Shown here piece by piece: positions 10,242-19,891 of a DNA stretch of 64,000 bases. Under the pieces are notes generated by a model, which saw only the letters and a list, made by a program, of their open reading frames with translations, made no database searches and was not told the origin of the DNA. This DNA is from an uncultured Solirubrobacterales bacterium. Lineage in GTDB: Bacteria > Actinomycetota > Thermoleophilia > Solirubrobacterales > Solirubrobacteraceae. The stretch's first letter is position 1. Every line of letters starts with the position of its first letter. The position numbers and the translations under genes were made by a program. Location of the stretch: assembly GCA_963838535.1 (NCBI GenBank), contig CAWIRN010000021.1, positions 379,901-443,900 on the forward strand, given 5' to 3'.

Positions 10242-10944
10242 TTAGAACAGCGTCGCCTGCGCGTTCTCGGTCGCGCGGCTCCAGGCACTCGGGGCCGTCG
10301 TAGCGAGCGTCGTTGACGGCGGATCCGACCGCGTGCAGCGCCGGTGTGCGCGGGCGCGAGGCCCGGAAGGATCTCGGTCAGCTCATCCGCTGGGGTGGCG
10401 TTGTCGAGCCACGTCGACTCGGCGTCGCGGCGCGAGGATCACCGGCATCCGGTCGTGCAGCGGCGCGATCGCCGAGTTGGCGGCGGTCGTGAGGATCGTG
10501 CACGTCCGCAGCCGGCTCGCCGTCCGGTGCGTGCCAGATCGACCACAGCCCGGCGAACGCGAACAGCGCACCGTCGGCTGCGCGTGATGTGAAACGGCTG
10601 CTTGGGGCCGGCCGGTCGTCGGCTGCCATTCGTAGAAGCCGTCGGCGACGATCAGGCAGCGGTAGCGCTCGAACGCCCGCCGGAAGGCCGGACGCTCCGC
10701 TGCCGTCTCGACGCGCGCGTTGATCATCTTCAGGCCCGAGGCTCGGGCTCTTGGCCCACGACGGCACGAGCCCCCAGCGCAGCAACTCGCCGCGCGGGCT
10801 CCCTTCGCGATCGGTCGTCACGGCGAGCACGTCGTCGCCGGGCGCGACGTTGTAGCGGCGGCGGATCTCGACCGACTCGCCGATCGGAAAGCGCGCGCGC
10901 ACCGCCGCCGGGTCGGGCGTGGCGAGCGTGTAGCGGCCGCACAC
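10242..10944 (-). CDS. SOS response-associated peptidase (SRAP/YedK), frameshifted
   Basis: N-terminal MCGRY, RYNVAP, RWGLVP, INAR.ET, ADGFYEW, HDRMPVIL spread over several frames. Confidence 0.9.
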
Positions 10945-10960
10945 GAGCGACTCGTCGACC

Positions 10961-11587
10961 TCAGCGCGCGCGCGAGGCGATCTGCTCGGCGCGCTCGGCC
11001 TGCGCGCGCTTCTGGCGTCGCCGGCCGAAGAAGGCGAGCCCGCCGATCACGACCGCGACGAGGACGAGGCCATAGAAGATCGCGAGGTCGAGCGAGATCC
11101 CGCCGAACGGCAGCGCGATCAGCTTGACGATCCCGAATCCGAGCGCAGCAGGATCACGACGACCAGCACGATCACGATCACGATGCCGCGGATCCGCAGC
11201 AGGATGCCCGCGCTCTTCGGCGGCGCGACCAGCCCCATCAGCTTCAGCCCGCGCAGCTGGCGCTTGGTGGGCGCCTCGACGCCGAGGCGCTCGGTGGCCC
11301 GCTTGAGATCGTCGGCGACGCCGCTCGGCCAGGGCCAGCGACGCGTCGGCCATCCGCCGCAGCTGGAGGCGCTCCTGCGGGCGGGCGGCGGCCAGCGCAC
11401 GCTGGAAGTGGGCTCGCGCCGCCTTGGCGTCGTAGCGCTCCGCCGCACGGGCGCCGAGGATGGCCTGCGCGGCCGCCTTGAACTTGGTCTCGGCCTCGAG
11501 CTCCTCGTCGGAGCGACTCTCGAGCTGCTGCATCGCCGCGAGCTGGCTGCGCTGCTCGATCCGCATCGTCCGCTGCTGCTTGGGCAT
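10961..11587 (-). CDS. Hypothetical membrane protein (helical N-terminus, C-terminal TM hairpin), two compensating frameshifts
   Basis: Coherent protein from ORFs 10961-11587 and 11119-11448; hydrophobic segments and basic tail. Confidence 0.6.
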   Translation of the reverse strand: MPKQQRTMRIEQRSQLAAMQQLESRSDEELEAETKFKAAAQAILGARAAERYDAKAARAHFQRALAAARPQERLQLRRMADASLALAERRRRRSQAGHRAPRRRGAHQAPAARAEADGAGRAAEERGHPAADPRHRDRDRAGRRDPAALGFGIVKLIALPFGGISLDLAIFYGLVLVAVVIGGLAFFGRRRQKRAQAERAEQIASRAR

Positions 11588-11601
11588 CGTGATCAGGGAG
11601 T

Positions 11602-12484
11602 CTAGTGGGGCTTCTGGCGATCACGAAGATCTGCTCGTCCGGTCATGTAATGCCCGGGATCCTGCGCGCTGGTCGGCGGCGAGCGGTAGACGTCGATGTG
11701 GCGCCCGTCGATCGCCCCGCCGGTGTCCTGGGCGATGAACCAGCCGCCGTGGCCGTCATTCCGGTAGGCCGGGACGTAGACCCGGCTGCCCAGCGGGATC
11801 ACGCCCGGGTCGACCGCGATCGACTGGTAGATAGTGCAGACGCGAGGCGCCCCCGGCCGCGAACGTCACTCCCGGCAAGGGCACGTACTTACGCCCGTTG
11901 CCCGCCGACCAGCCGCCGCTCGCGAGCGGGAACGTCACGGCGCCGGAGCGATTGCGCCAGTAGCCGCCGGCGCGCCAGAACGGAGAGCCCGCGGACCAGT
12001 CATCGGCGGGCGACGTGGCCGCCCCGGCGGCCGTGACCCAACCGCCGTCGCCCAGCGCATCGATGTGATACATCCGCCCGTCGAGCCCGATGCCCTCACC
12101 CTCCATCGAGACGCCCATCGCCGAGTAGAGCCAGTCGATCCGGTGCTCGCCGGGAAGCCCGGGCGCCGTGACCAGCCGCCCGACGAACCACGATTCCGGA
12201 GCAGGCCAGTATTCGGTGATCGTCACGCCGCGCAGCCAACTGCCGCGCGCGTTCTTCGCCGGGGCCCCGGGGATCGTTCCCGCCGGCGTGCCGGTCGGTG
12301 CCAGGCCGCCGATCGGCGCGCCTCCGCTCGCCATGCCGACGGTGCCGTGCACTCCGATGCCGCCCCCGCCCGCGGCATGGGCCGATCCGCCGGCACCGGT
12401 CACCGCGGCGGCGATCAGGGCAGCCGATATCGCGAGACGGGCTGTCAGCGGTGTACGGGAGATCATCGAGATCGTGTTCTGCAT
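11602..12484 (-). CDS. Secreted 3D-domain (MltA-like) protein, frameshifted
   Basis: Signal peptide, TITEYW, SIAVDP.VIPLGSRVY, AQDTGGAIDGRHIDVY (three-Asp motif). Confidence 0.8.
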
Positions 12485-12781
12485 CGGTGCCGGTGACCCT
12501 TGTGGTGAACCCTGGGTGCCGGCGGCCAGCGTGAAACCTACGGGAACCGAGACTCGGTCGGGCCAGCCCCGCGGGTGCGCACACTCAAGCAGCAGCCACA
12601 CGGGAGTTGGTCGGCCCCCCGCGTGCGCACTCAAGCTCCGGCCCACAGCGGTCGATGCATCCCATGGATGTTGACGCCGCCGCCGCGCCGGATGCGCGTG
12701 CCGCGGCTGCCCACTCCGCGCGCGACGGCCGAAAGTGGTGCCCCGCGGGCGCCTGCTCAATCCCTGGAGGCTGATTCAGCC

Positions 12782-14155
12782 ATGATCGTCAAGCGGTCCC
12801 TGATCACCGTTGCGGCGTTCGCAGCGCTGTTGGTCGCAACACAGAGCGCGTCGGCGCTATCCGCGACGCCGTCCTACACCAAGCCTCCGACCGCGGGCAC
12901 AAACCAGTGGTACTGGGAGATCAGCCCATCCACGTCCGGCCTCGCGGGCCTGCCGGCAACGGCGGGCGCCTACCCGGCTCCCGGGTCAGCCAACATCTGG
13001 GACACCGACCTCTTCCAGGACAGCAACGCCGCGAACGGTGGCATTCCCACGGGGCCCACAGCGGTCGTCGCGGCGATCCACGCGGCCGGTCATTACTCGA
13101 TCTGTTATGTCGAAGCCGGGGCCTACCAGGAGGGATTCCCCGATGACGCGAACTTCGCCGCAGCGGACTACGGCGGCGTCGGGGACCAGGCCACTCAGAT
13201 GCAGGGCTACGCGGACGAGTTCTGGTTTGACCTGAGCGGCTTTAGGAACTACGTCGCTGGGCAGCCCAGCACACTGACAGGCGCCGCGCCGAACATCGCG
13301 GCGGGCCTGGACAAGCGCTTTGCCTGGTGCAAGCTCGAGGGTCAGGATGCCGTCGAGCCCGACGACCTGGACGGCTACACGAACCAGTCCCAGTCGGGCG
13401 TGACCCCGTGGGGCATGGTGCGGGCCGACAGCGCCGGGTTCGAGCGGTGGCTGGGCTACGACATCCACGCAAACGGTTTGGCCGCATTCCAGAAGAACGA
13501 TCCCGCGAATGCCTCCGCCGATGCGCCGCTGTTTGACGGCATGATCATCGAGGAGTGCAACTCCTACAACGATCCGTGCGCGGGCTCCGGTGGCGATGCC
13601 ACCGCGTATCTGGCGGCCGGCAAGCCGGTGCTCAACGCCGAGTACACCCAGGATGGCGAGACCACCGCCAAGTTCTGCGCGAAGGACAACGCGGCCGGGA
13701 TCGTCGGTGCGCTGTTCAACGTGAACCTCGCCGGCGGGACGTACCAACCATGCGCCCCGGCCACACTCGCGTCGTCTCCGCCACCGCACCTCCGCCACCG
13801 CCACCTCCGCCACCCCGCACCACCGCCTCCACCGCCACCGCCGGTGGGCTCGGCACCGGGCAATACGAGCCTGCCGACCTTGCGCGGAACCGCCAAGTCA
13901 GGCGATTCGTTGTCGGTCGGGACCGGGACCTGGTCCAACCATCCGACGAGCTACGCCTATCAGTGGCGCCTCTGCAAGAGCGGCGTGTGCGTGAGCATCA
14001 GTGGTGCCACGAAGTCGTCGTACAAACTCGGTTCAGCTGATGTAGGCGATGCGCTGGAGGCGGTCGTCACCGCCAGGAACACCTCGGGCTCGGGCTCGGC
14101 AACCTCTGCGCCATCGTCGGTCGTCGTGGCTCGATCATCAAGAAGTCGCCGCTAA
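12782..14155 (+). CDS. Secreted GH114 endo-alpha-1,4-polygalactosaminidase-like protein with Pro linker and C-terminal Ig-like domain
   Basis: Signal peptide, WDTDLF, ICYVEAG, DAVEPDDLDGY, QKND, IIEEC, GKPVLNAEY; C-terminal GTWS..PTSYAYQW..C domain. Confidence 0.82.
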   Translation: MIVKRSLITVAAFAALLVATQSASALSATPSYTKPPTAGTNQWYWEISPSTSGLAGLPATAGAYPAPGSANIWDTDLFQDSNAANGGIPTGPTAVVAAIHAAGHYSICYVEAGAYQEGFPDDANFAAADYGGVGDQATQMQGYADEFWFDLSGFRNYVAGQPSTLTGAAPNIAAGLDKRFAWCKLEGQDAVEPDDLDGYTNQSQSGVTPWGMVRADSAGFERWLGYDIHANGLAAFQKNDPANASADAPLFDGMIIEECNSYNDPCAGSGGDATAYLAAGKPVLNAEYTQDGETTAKFCAKDNAAGIVGALFNVNLAGGTYQPCAPATLASSPPPHLRHRHLRHPAPPPPPPPPVGSAPGNTSLPTLRGTAKSGDSLSVGTGTWSNHPTSYAYQWRLCKSGVCVSISGATKSSYKLGSADVGDALEAVVTARNTSGSGSATSAPSSVVVARSSRSRR

Positions 14156-14192
14156 CGCCACGGTTCCGATCCGACCGACGGTCGAGTGATAG

Positions 14193-14253
14193 GACACACA
14201 ACGGGCTCGCCGCGGCGTTCATGAGACACACAACGCGCCCGCGGCGTTCATGA
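14193..14253 (+). repeat. Imperfect tandem duplication (32/29 bp) upstream of vapBC
   Basis: GACACACAACGGGCTCGCCGCGGCGTTCATGA followed by GACACACAACGCGCCCGCGGCGTTCATGA. Confidence 0.8.
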
Positions 14254-14259
14254 CGGTGC

Positions 14260-14291
14260 GTACCTGGCCAGGTTGGCCAGGTACTGATAAT
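14260..14291 (+). promoter_or_regulatory. Probable vapBC autoregulatory operator and -10 element
   Basis: Perfect inverted repeat GTACCTGGCCA-GGT-TGGCCAGGTAC (14260-14284) just before GATAAT (14286-14291). Confidence 0.65.
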
Positions 14292-14301
14292 CTGGTGGTT
14301 G

Positions 14302-14536
14302 ATGAGCGAGCCTGTGAGCATCAGCGAGGCCAAGACGCAGCTCTCGAAGCTCGTCGCGCGAGCGGAGCGCGGCGAGGACGTCACGATTCGGCGCGGGAAC
14401 AAGCCGGTCGTGAGGCTCGTGGCGATCGTGCCGGAGCAGCCGGTCGTCGGGCTCAGCAGTCGGCGCGCTGAAGGGGCAGATCTGGATCGCACCGGACTTC
14501 GACGAGCTCGGGCCGGAATGGGACCCCTACGTGTGA
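14302..14536 (+). CDS. Phd/YefM-family antitoxin (VapB-type), frameshift near 14455
   Basis: VSISEAKTQLSKLV.RAE.GEDVTI; typical tail GALKGQIWIAPDFDE in a shifted frame ending TGA 14534-14536. Confidence 0.88.
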
Positions 14537-14570
14537 TCGCCGGGCTCTCGGACACGTAGGCGCTGTACCT

Positions 14571-14948
14571 GTGATCGCTGGGCTCTTGGACACGCAGGTG
14601 CTGCTGTGGATTCTCGCCGGGGATCCGCGGATGCCGGCTTGGCTTGGCGAAAGCATCGGTCGGGATCCCGCGACATTCGGGGTCAGCGACGTGTGCGTGT
14701 GGGAGATCGCGATCAAGCGCTCGACCGGGAAACTTCGCTGCCCGGACGATCTGCCGCGCGTCGTTGCCGAGCTTGGCTTTGATCACGTCTCGATATCTCG
14801 CGACCAGGTCTGGGCGGTACGGGACTTGCCGTTGCACCACCGGGATCCGTTCGACCGACTGCTCGTGGCCCAGGCCAGAGATCTCGGCGTTCCGATCGTG
14901 ACCGCCGACCGCTCGATGGCCGCGTACGACGTCGCCATCGTCTGGTGA
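14571..14948 (+). CDS. vapC: PIN-domain toxin
   Basis: LLDTQVLLW, VWEIAIK...GKL, LPLHHRDPFDRLLVAQA, TAD. Confidence 0.93.
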   Translation: MIAGLLDTQVLLWILAGDPRMPAWLGESIGRDPATFGVSDVCVWEIAIKRSTGKLRCPDDLPRVVAELGFDHVSISRDQVWAVRDLPLHHRDPFDRLLVAQARDLGVPIVTADRSMAAYDVAIVW

Positions 14949-15094
14949 CCGAGTATGGCCGGAGTGGTTCAGCGCCCGATCGAGCGATTTTCCATTCTGG
15001 TGTACATAAGCCTGATTATCGAGCGTTGATACCCGGCGGGCGCAGCTACTCTGCTAGGGACGCGCAAACCGACTGAGCGAGGCGGACGAAGGCA

Positions 15095-16529
15095 ATGAAC
15101 GACCCCCATTTCGGTCTCACCGGCCTGGCCACGATGGGCGCGAACCTCGCGCGCAACGTCGCTCATCACGACATTCCGGTCGCGGTGCACAACCGCAGCG
15201 GCGAGAAGACGCAGAGGTTCATGGACGAGCACGGCTCGGAAGGTCCGCTCAGCGGCTATCAGTCGGTGGAGGACTGGGTCGGAGCGCTGGCCACGCCGCG
15301 GGTGCTGATGACCATGGTCAAGGCCGGAGACCCGGTCGACGCAGTGATCGCGGAGATCGTCCCTCACCTCGATCGAGGCGACGTGCTGATCGACGGCGGC
15401 AACTCGCTGTTCCGCGACACCCAGCGCCGTCACGCCTCGCTGGCCGAGCAGGGCATCCACTTCCTCGGCGTCGGGGTCTCAGGCGGCGAGGAGGGCGCGC
15501 TCAACGGCCCCAGCATCATGCCCGGAGGCGATCGGCAGCCCTACGACGAGCACGTCAGGCCGATCTTCGAGGCGATCGCCGCACAGGTCGACGGCACACC
15601 ATGCTGCACCTACGTCGGACCGGACGGTGCCGGTCACTACGTGAAGATGGTCCACAACGGGATCGAGTACGCCGACATGCAGCTGATCGCGGAGAGCTAT
15701 GACCTGCTCCGCTACGGCGTCGGCCTCGAGGTGCCCGAGATCGCCGAGCGCTTCAAGGTGTGGAACGAATCAGAGCTCGAGTCCTTCCTGATCGAGATCT
15801 CTGCGCGCGTGCTGGCCAAGACCGACGAGGCCACCGGTCAGCCGCTGGTCGATGTGATCCTCGACGCCGCCGAGCAGAAGGGCACCGGCCGCTGGACGGC
15901 CCAGAACGCGCTCGAGCTCGGGGTCCCCCTGACCGGGATCACCGAGGCCGTGTTCGCCCGTACCCTCAGCGCGCTGAAGGGCGAGCGCAGCGCGGCCGCG
16001 GACCGGCTGGACGGCCCGCAGCCCGGGAGCGGTCAGAGTGACCCATCACTGGCCGAGGACCTCGCAGCACGCGCTGTACGCCTCCAAGATCGTCTCCTAC
16101 GCGCAGGGGTTCGCCCAGATGGCGGCCGCGGCCGATGACGAGGGCTGGGACATCAAGCTCGGCGAGATGGCGACGATCTGGCGGGGCGGCTGCATCATCC
16201 GCGCGCGCTTCCTGGACCGCATCCGTGAGGCCTACGACGCGGAACCGCAGCTGTCGAACCTGATGCTGGCCGAGTTCTTCGCTCAGGCACTCGCCGACGC
16301 CCAGGACCCATGGCGCCGTGTGGTCGGCCGGGCGGCTGAGCTCGGCATCCCCACCCCCGCCTTCTCCTCCTCGCTGGCCTACTACGACGGTTACCGCCGC
16401 GCCCGCGGCCCGGCGAGCCTGATCCAGGGCCTGCGCGATCTGTTCGGCGCCCACACCTATCAGCGAGTGGACCGCGAGGGCACGTTCCACATCGACTGGA
16501 GCGGGGACGGCGGAGAAACCCAGCAGTAG
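15095..16529 (+). CDS. gnd: NADP-dependent 6-phosphogluconate dehydrogenase, frameshift near 16065
   Basis: GLATMGANLA, IDGGNS, GVSGGEEGA, YVKMVHNGIEYADMQL, WRGGCIIRA, QGLRDLFGAHTY. Confidence 0.95.
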
Positions 16530-16595
16530 GGACGCGCAACTTCCAGCCCATTCTTGGTATCAAGCCTCTGTCAAGACTTCTGAGGGAGGCAGTGG

Positions 16596-17598
16596 ATGAA
16601 GCGTATGCTGAAGGTGCTAGTGACGGTCGGTGCAGCCGCCGCCTTGATACCCGGCGCCGCGGAGGCGGCCTCCTCGCCGACGGTGGTCACCGGCGCGGCG
16701 TCCAGTCTCACGAACACGAGTGCAGTGCTGCACGGCACGGTGAACCCCAACGCCGCCGCCACCACGTATCAGTTCCAGTATGGGTTGACCAACGCCTACG
16801 GCCTGTCGACCACGTCGCACTCGGCGGGCAGCGGCAAGACGGTCAAGGCAGTCACCGGCACCGCCGCCGGGCTCCTCCCCGGAACCGTCTACCACTACCG
16901 CGTCGTCGCGATCAACCGGGACGGAGGCACGCTTGGGGCCGATCGGACCTTCAGAACGACGGGACATCCGCTCCCCGGTGTGAGCACCGGCTCCGCCCGT
17001 CGCCGTCGGGACGAACGGCGCGACGCTGACCGGAGCCATCGATCCGAACGGCGTGCCCGCGCAGTGGGTGTTCCAGTACGGGCTGACGACCGGGTACGGG
17101 CTCCAGACGTTTGCGCAAACGCTTCCGGCTCTGAGCGCGACACTTCCGGTCGCCAGCGTGCTCAGCGGGCTTCAGTCCGGGACGGTGTTCCACTACCGAC
17201 TCGTGGCGGTCCGCGGGACAAACGCGGTGTACGGCGCCGATCAGACGTTCCTGACCGAGCCATCGCCGCGGCCCGTCCCGCGTCTGCGGGCCACCACCAG
17301 CCCACGCCGGGCGCGCTCCAAGCCGTACGTGTTCACGACCCGGGCAACCATCACCGGACCGAGCTGGATTCCCGCGTCGCTGGGCTGCACTGGGGGTGCG
17401 GCCATCCGCTACTTCGACGGCAAGCGCGTGGTCGGCTTCGCGGTGGCCACCGTCCAGCCCGACTGCACCCTCTCCGCTCAGGTCTCCTTCCGGCGCAAGA
17501 TCGGACGCCACTCGGTACCGCTGAAGGTGGTCATCCACTTCCGCGGTAACGGTTATCTGGCCCCGGTCGACCGGACCGACCACGTAATACTCGGCTAG
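16596..17598 (+). CDS. Secreted protein with two fibronectin-III-like repeats, frameshift near 17000
   Basis: Signal peptide; two copies of ..NPNG/A...FQYG.T..YG...GL..GTV.HYR.VA...GAD.TF.T; RBS GGAGG. Confidence 0.75.
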
Positions 17599-17678
17599 CC
17601 GTCGCACTCCGGTAGCCACCGCCGGGCTCGGCTCCTGCTCCGCGGAGCGGGAGCCGACCCCGGTTAGCCTTGCGCGCC

Positions 17679-19448
17679 ATGCGTCGATCCTGGACGCGGG
17701 CATCGCGCACCGAGCTGGTGCTGTTGGCCGCGTTGGCCGCCTGGGGCCTGTTCCCCCTGGTCCTGCTGCTCGCGCACACGATCAACGCGCATGCCCGCTT
17801 CACCGGCGCCGATGGCCTGATCGGCGCCGACGGCGTGCTCGGAGCCGACCAGTTGCAGTACCTCGCCTGGGCACGCGACGCGGGTGCCCATGGGCTCGCC
17901 TCGGATCTGTTCAGCCTCGCGCCGAGCGGCCACGTCTACCTGCAGCCGCTGTTCGCGATCTCGGGGGAACTATGGCGGCTCGGGCTGTCGCTCCAGCTCG
18001 CCTATCTGCTCTGGAAACCGGTCGCGGTGATCGCGTTGTTCGCCGGCACGCTCGCGTGGGCACGGCGGATGTTCGGCGATCAGGCGCGAGCCCGCGCGGC
18101 GGTGGTGGTGCTCTCGCTGTTCCTGTACACGCCGCTGGCCGCGCTGACCAGCTGGGCGACCCTCGGCTCGGGCCGGTTCCAGTTTCAGATGTATCTGCTC
18201 GGCTACGAGCTGCTGGCGGCGAACAAGCTCTGGGGCTACGCGCCGAGCGCCCTGGCGCTGGCGCTGATGCCGGTCACGCTGCTGGCCACCGAGCGCGCGC
18301 TCGCCCCGTCGCTGACGGTGGCCGGCGCGCCGGAGCAGGCGCGCCCGGGCGACACTCACGCGGCAGACGAGGCGCGCCCGGACGGCACTCACGCGCCGGA
18401 AGGGGCGCGCCCGGACGGCACTCGCGGCCCGCTGGCGCTGGCCTGCCTGGCCGCGCTGCTGGCCTCCTGGCTTCACCCCTGGCAGGGCGTGACGCTGCTG
18501 GTGATCTTTGCCGGCCTGATCGCCTGGCAGCGGCTGCGAGGGTGGCTCACGCTCGCGGCCCCGGCGCTCGCCGCGGCCCTCCCCCTGGTCTACTACCACC
18601 TGCTCTCGAGCCGTGACCCCGCGTGGCGGCTCGCCTCCCACTACGAGGTCGTGGCTCGGCTGCCACCCCTCGTGCTGCTGGCCGGACTCGGGCCGCTCGC
18701 ACTGATCGCCGCCGTCGGCGTTCGCCGACCGGGTGGTGTGATGATCGAACGTGCCCTGCTGCTGTGGATCGCGGGATGCTTCGTCACCTATTTCACGGTC
18801 GACTCATTCGCGCCGCACGCCCTGCAGGGCCTCAGCCTCCCATTCGCGGTCCTCGCCGTCAGGGGCTGGCGCCGGATGCGCCTGCCCGCCGCCCTCGGCG
18901 CGGTCGCCATCGCGCTGGCGACGCTTCCCGGCCTGGCCTACGACGGGCGGAAGTTCGTCAACGTCGCCGGCGGCTCGGCGCCGCAGTACTACCTCACCGG
19001 CTCCGACGCGCAGGCGCTGGACTGGGTGACCCACCAGGGGCCTCCGGGCGGTGTGCTCGCCCCCACCCCATTCGCGGCCGTGGTCCCCTCGCAGACCGGC
19101 CGCGCCGTGTGGGTCGGGAACGGCTACTGGAGTCGCGACTACTTCGCCCGGGCGCACACCGCCGACGCACTGTTCGGCGGCCGGCTGCGTCCGGCTCGTG
19201 CCCGCGCCTTCGTGCTCGCCACCGGGGCCGCGCTGCTGGTCTCCGACTGCCGGCACCCGACCGACCTCACTCGCCCGTTGCGCGACGTGCTGCAGCGCGC
19301 TGCGCGCATCACTTCGGCTGCGCCCGCGTCTACGTCGTCAAGCGCCCCGGGCCGTCCCGGCGCGCGCGGGAAGACCCCAGTCACTGGCGCGCTGAAGGTC
19401 CAGACTTCCGACAGAGGTTCGCGCCTGGGGCCCGGACGGTCCCCGTAG
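17679..19448 (+). CDS. Polytopic membrane protein, GT-C glycosyltransferase-like; C-terminus probably frameshifted near 19295
   Basis: About 12 TM segments, acidic loop ADQLQYLAW after the first TM, soluble C-terminal domain (ALDWV..GGVLA..VPSQTGRAVWVG). Confidence 0.55.
   Translation: MRRSWTRASRTELVLLAALAAWGLFPLVLLLAHTINAHARFTGADGLIGADGVLGADQLQYLAWARDAGAHGLASDLFSLAPSGHVYLQPLFAISGELWRLGLSLQLAYLLWKPVAVIALFAGTLAWARRMFGDQARARAAVVVLSLFLYTPLAALTSWATLGSGRFQFQMYLLGYELLAANKLWGYAPSALALALMPVTLLATERALAPSLTVAGAPEQARPGDTHAADEARPDGTHAPEGARPDGTRGPLALACLAALLASWLHPWQGVTLLVIFAGLIAWQRLRGWLTLAAPALAAALPLVYYHLLSSRDPAWRLASHYEVVARLPPLVLLAGLGPLALIAAVGVRRPGGVMIERALLLWIAGCFVTYFTVDSFAPHALQGLSLPFAVLAVRGWRRMRLPAALGAVAIALATLPGLAYDGRKFVNVAGGSAPQYYLTGSDAQALDWVTHQGPPGGVLAPTPFAAVVPSQTGRAVWVGNGYWSRDYFARAHTADALFGGRLRPARARAFVLATGAALLVSDCRHPTDLTRPLRDVLQRAARITSAAPASTSSSAPGRPGARGKTPVTGALKVQTSDRGSRLGPGRSP
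18330..18428 (+). repeat. In-frame 33-bp tandem repeat x3
   Basis: Encodes PEQARPGDTHA/ADEARPDGTHA/PEGARPDGTRG. Confidence 0.8.
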
Positions 19449-19450
19449 CG

Positions 19451-19891
19451 CTAGCGGCCGGCGGGCCGGTCTCGCAGCCGGAAGACGAACCGCAGGCCCG
19501 ACCAGGTGGCGTCGATCGCGCACACCTTATTGTCGACCAGCCCGGCGGCCAACCCCACCTCGCGCGCGACCCCGTCGCTGAGGTCGGTCGGGACGCCCGA
19601 GGATCGCTTCGGCCAGGCGATCCACAGCCCGCCGGCGGGGGTCAGCGCCGCGCGCAGGCGGGGCAGGCGCTGTTCGAGCTCGGCGCGCCGCACGCAGAAC
19701 GCGACGATCACGTCCAGCGAGCCCGTGGCCCGCCGCCGGATGGTCACTCCGGGTGGGAGCTCGCCGAGCACGCTCAGGAAGTCTGGCGGAGCGCCGATCA
19801 GGCCGAGCCTTGAGTCGGGCTTGATCCCGAGCTTGCCGACCAGCGGGGTACCGGAACTGGTGATCGCAGCGTTCACGCGTTGGCCAGCCAT
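19451..19891 (-). CDS. DUF3052-family protein
   Basis: SGTPL..KLGIK, LWIAWPKRSSG, GLVDNKVCAIDATWSGLRFV. Confidence 0.85.
   Translation of the reverse strand: MAGQRVNAAITSSGTPLVGKLGIKPDSRLGLIGAPPDFLSVLGELPPGVTIRRRATGSLDVIVAFCVRRAELEQRLPRLRAALTPAGGLWIAWPKRSSGVPTDLSDGVAREVGLAAGLVDNKVCAIDATWSGLRFVFRLRDRPAGR

Noticed and set aside
12583-12636. ACTCAAG as an HspR (HAIR) operator
   Set aside because: Only half-sites in direct orientation; HAIR needs CTTGAGT-N7-ACTCAAG, and the flanking genes are not chaperones.
12485-12780. A second c-di-AMP riboswitch upstream of the 3D-domain gene
   Set aside because: The hallmark GGGGGA(A/C)C and CCCGTCAGCTAAC blocks are absent on both strands.
14160-15090. 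vapBC as part of a prophage or integrative element
   Set aside because: No integrase, transposase, tRNA or att-like flanks; only the TA pair is present.
15055-16539. 13-bp direct repeat TAGGGACGCGCAA flanking gnd (15055-15067, 16527-16539) as a target-site duplication
   Set aside because: No mobile-element features, gnd is a housekeeping gene, and 13-mer matches are expected by chance in 64 kb of high-GC DNA.
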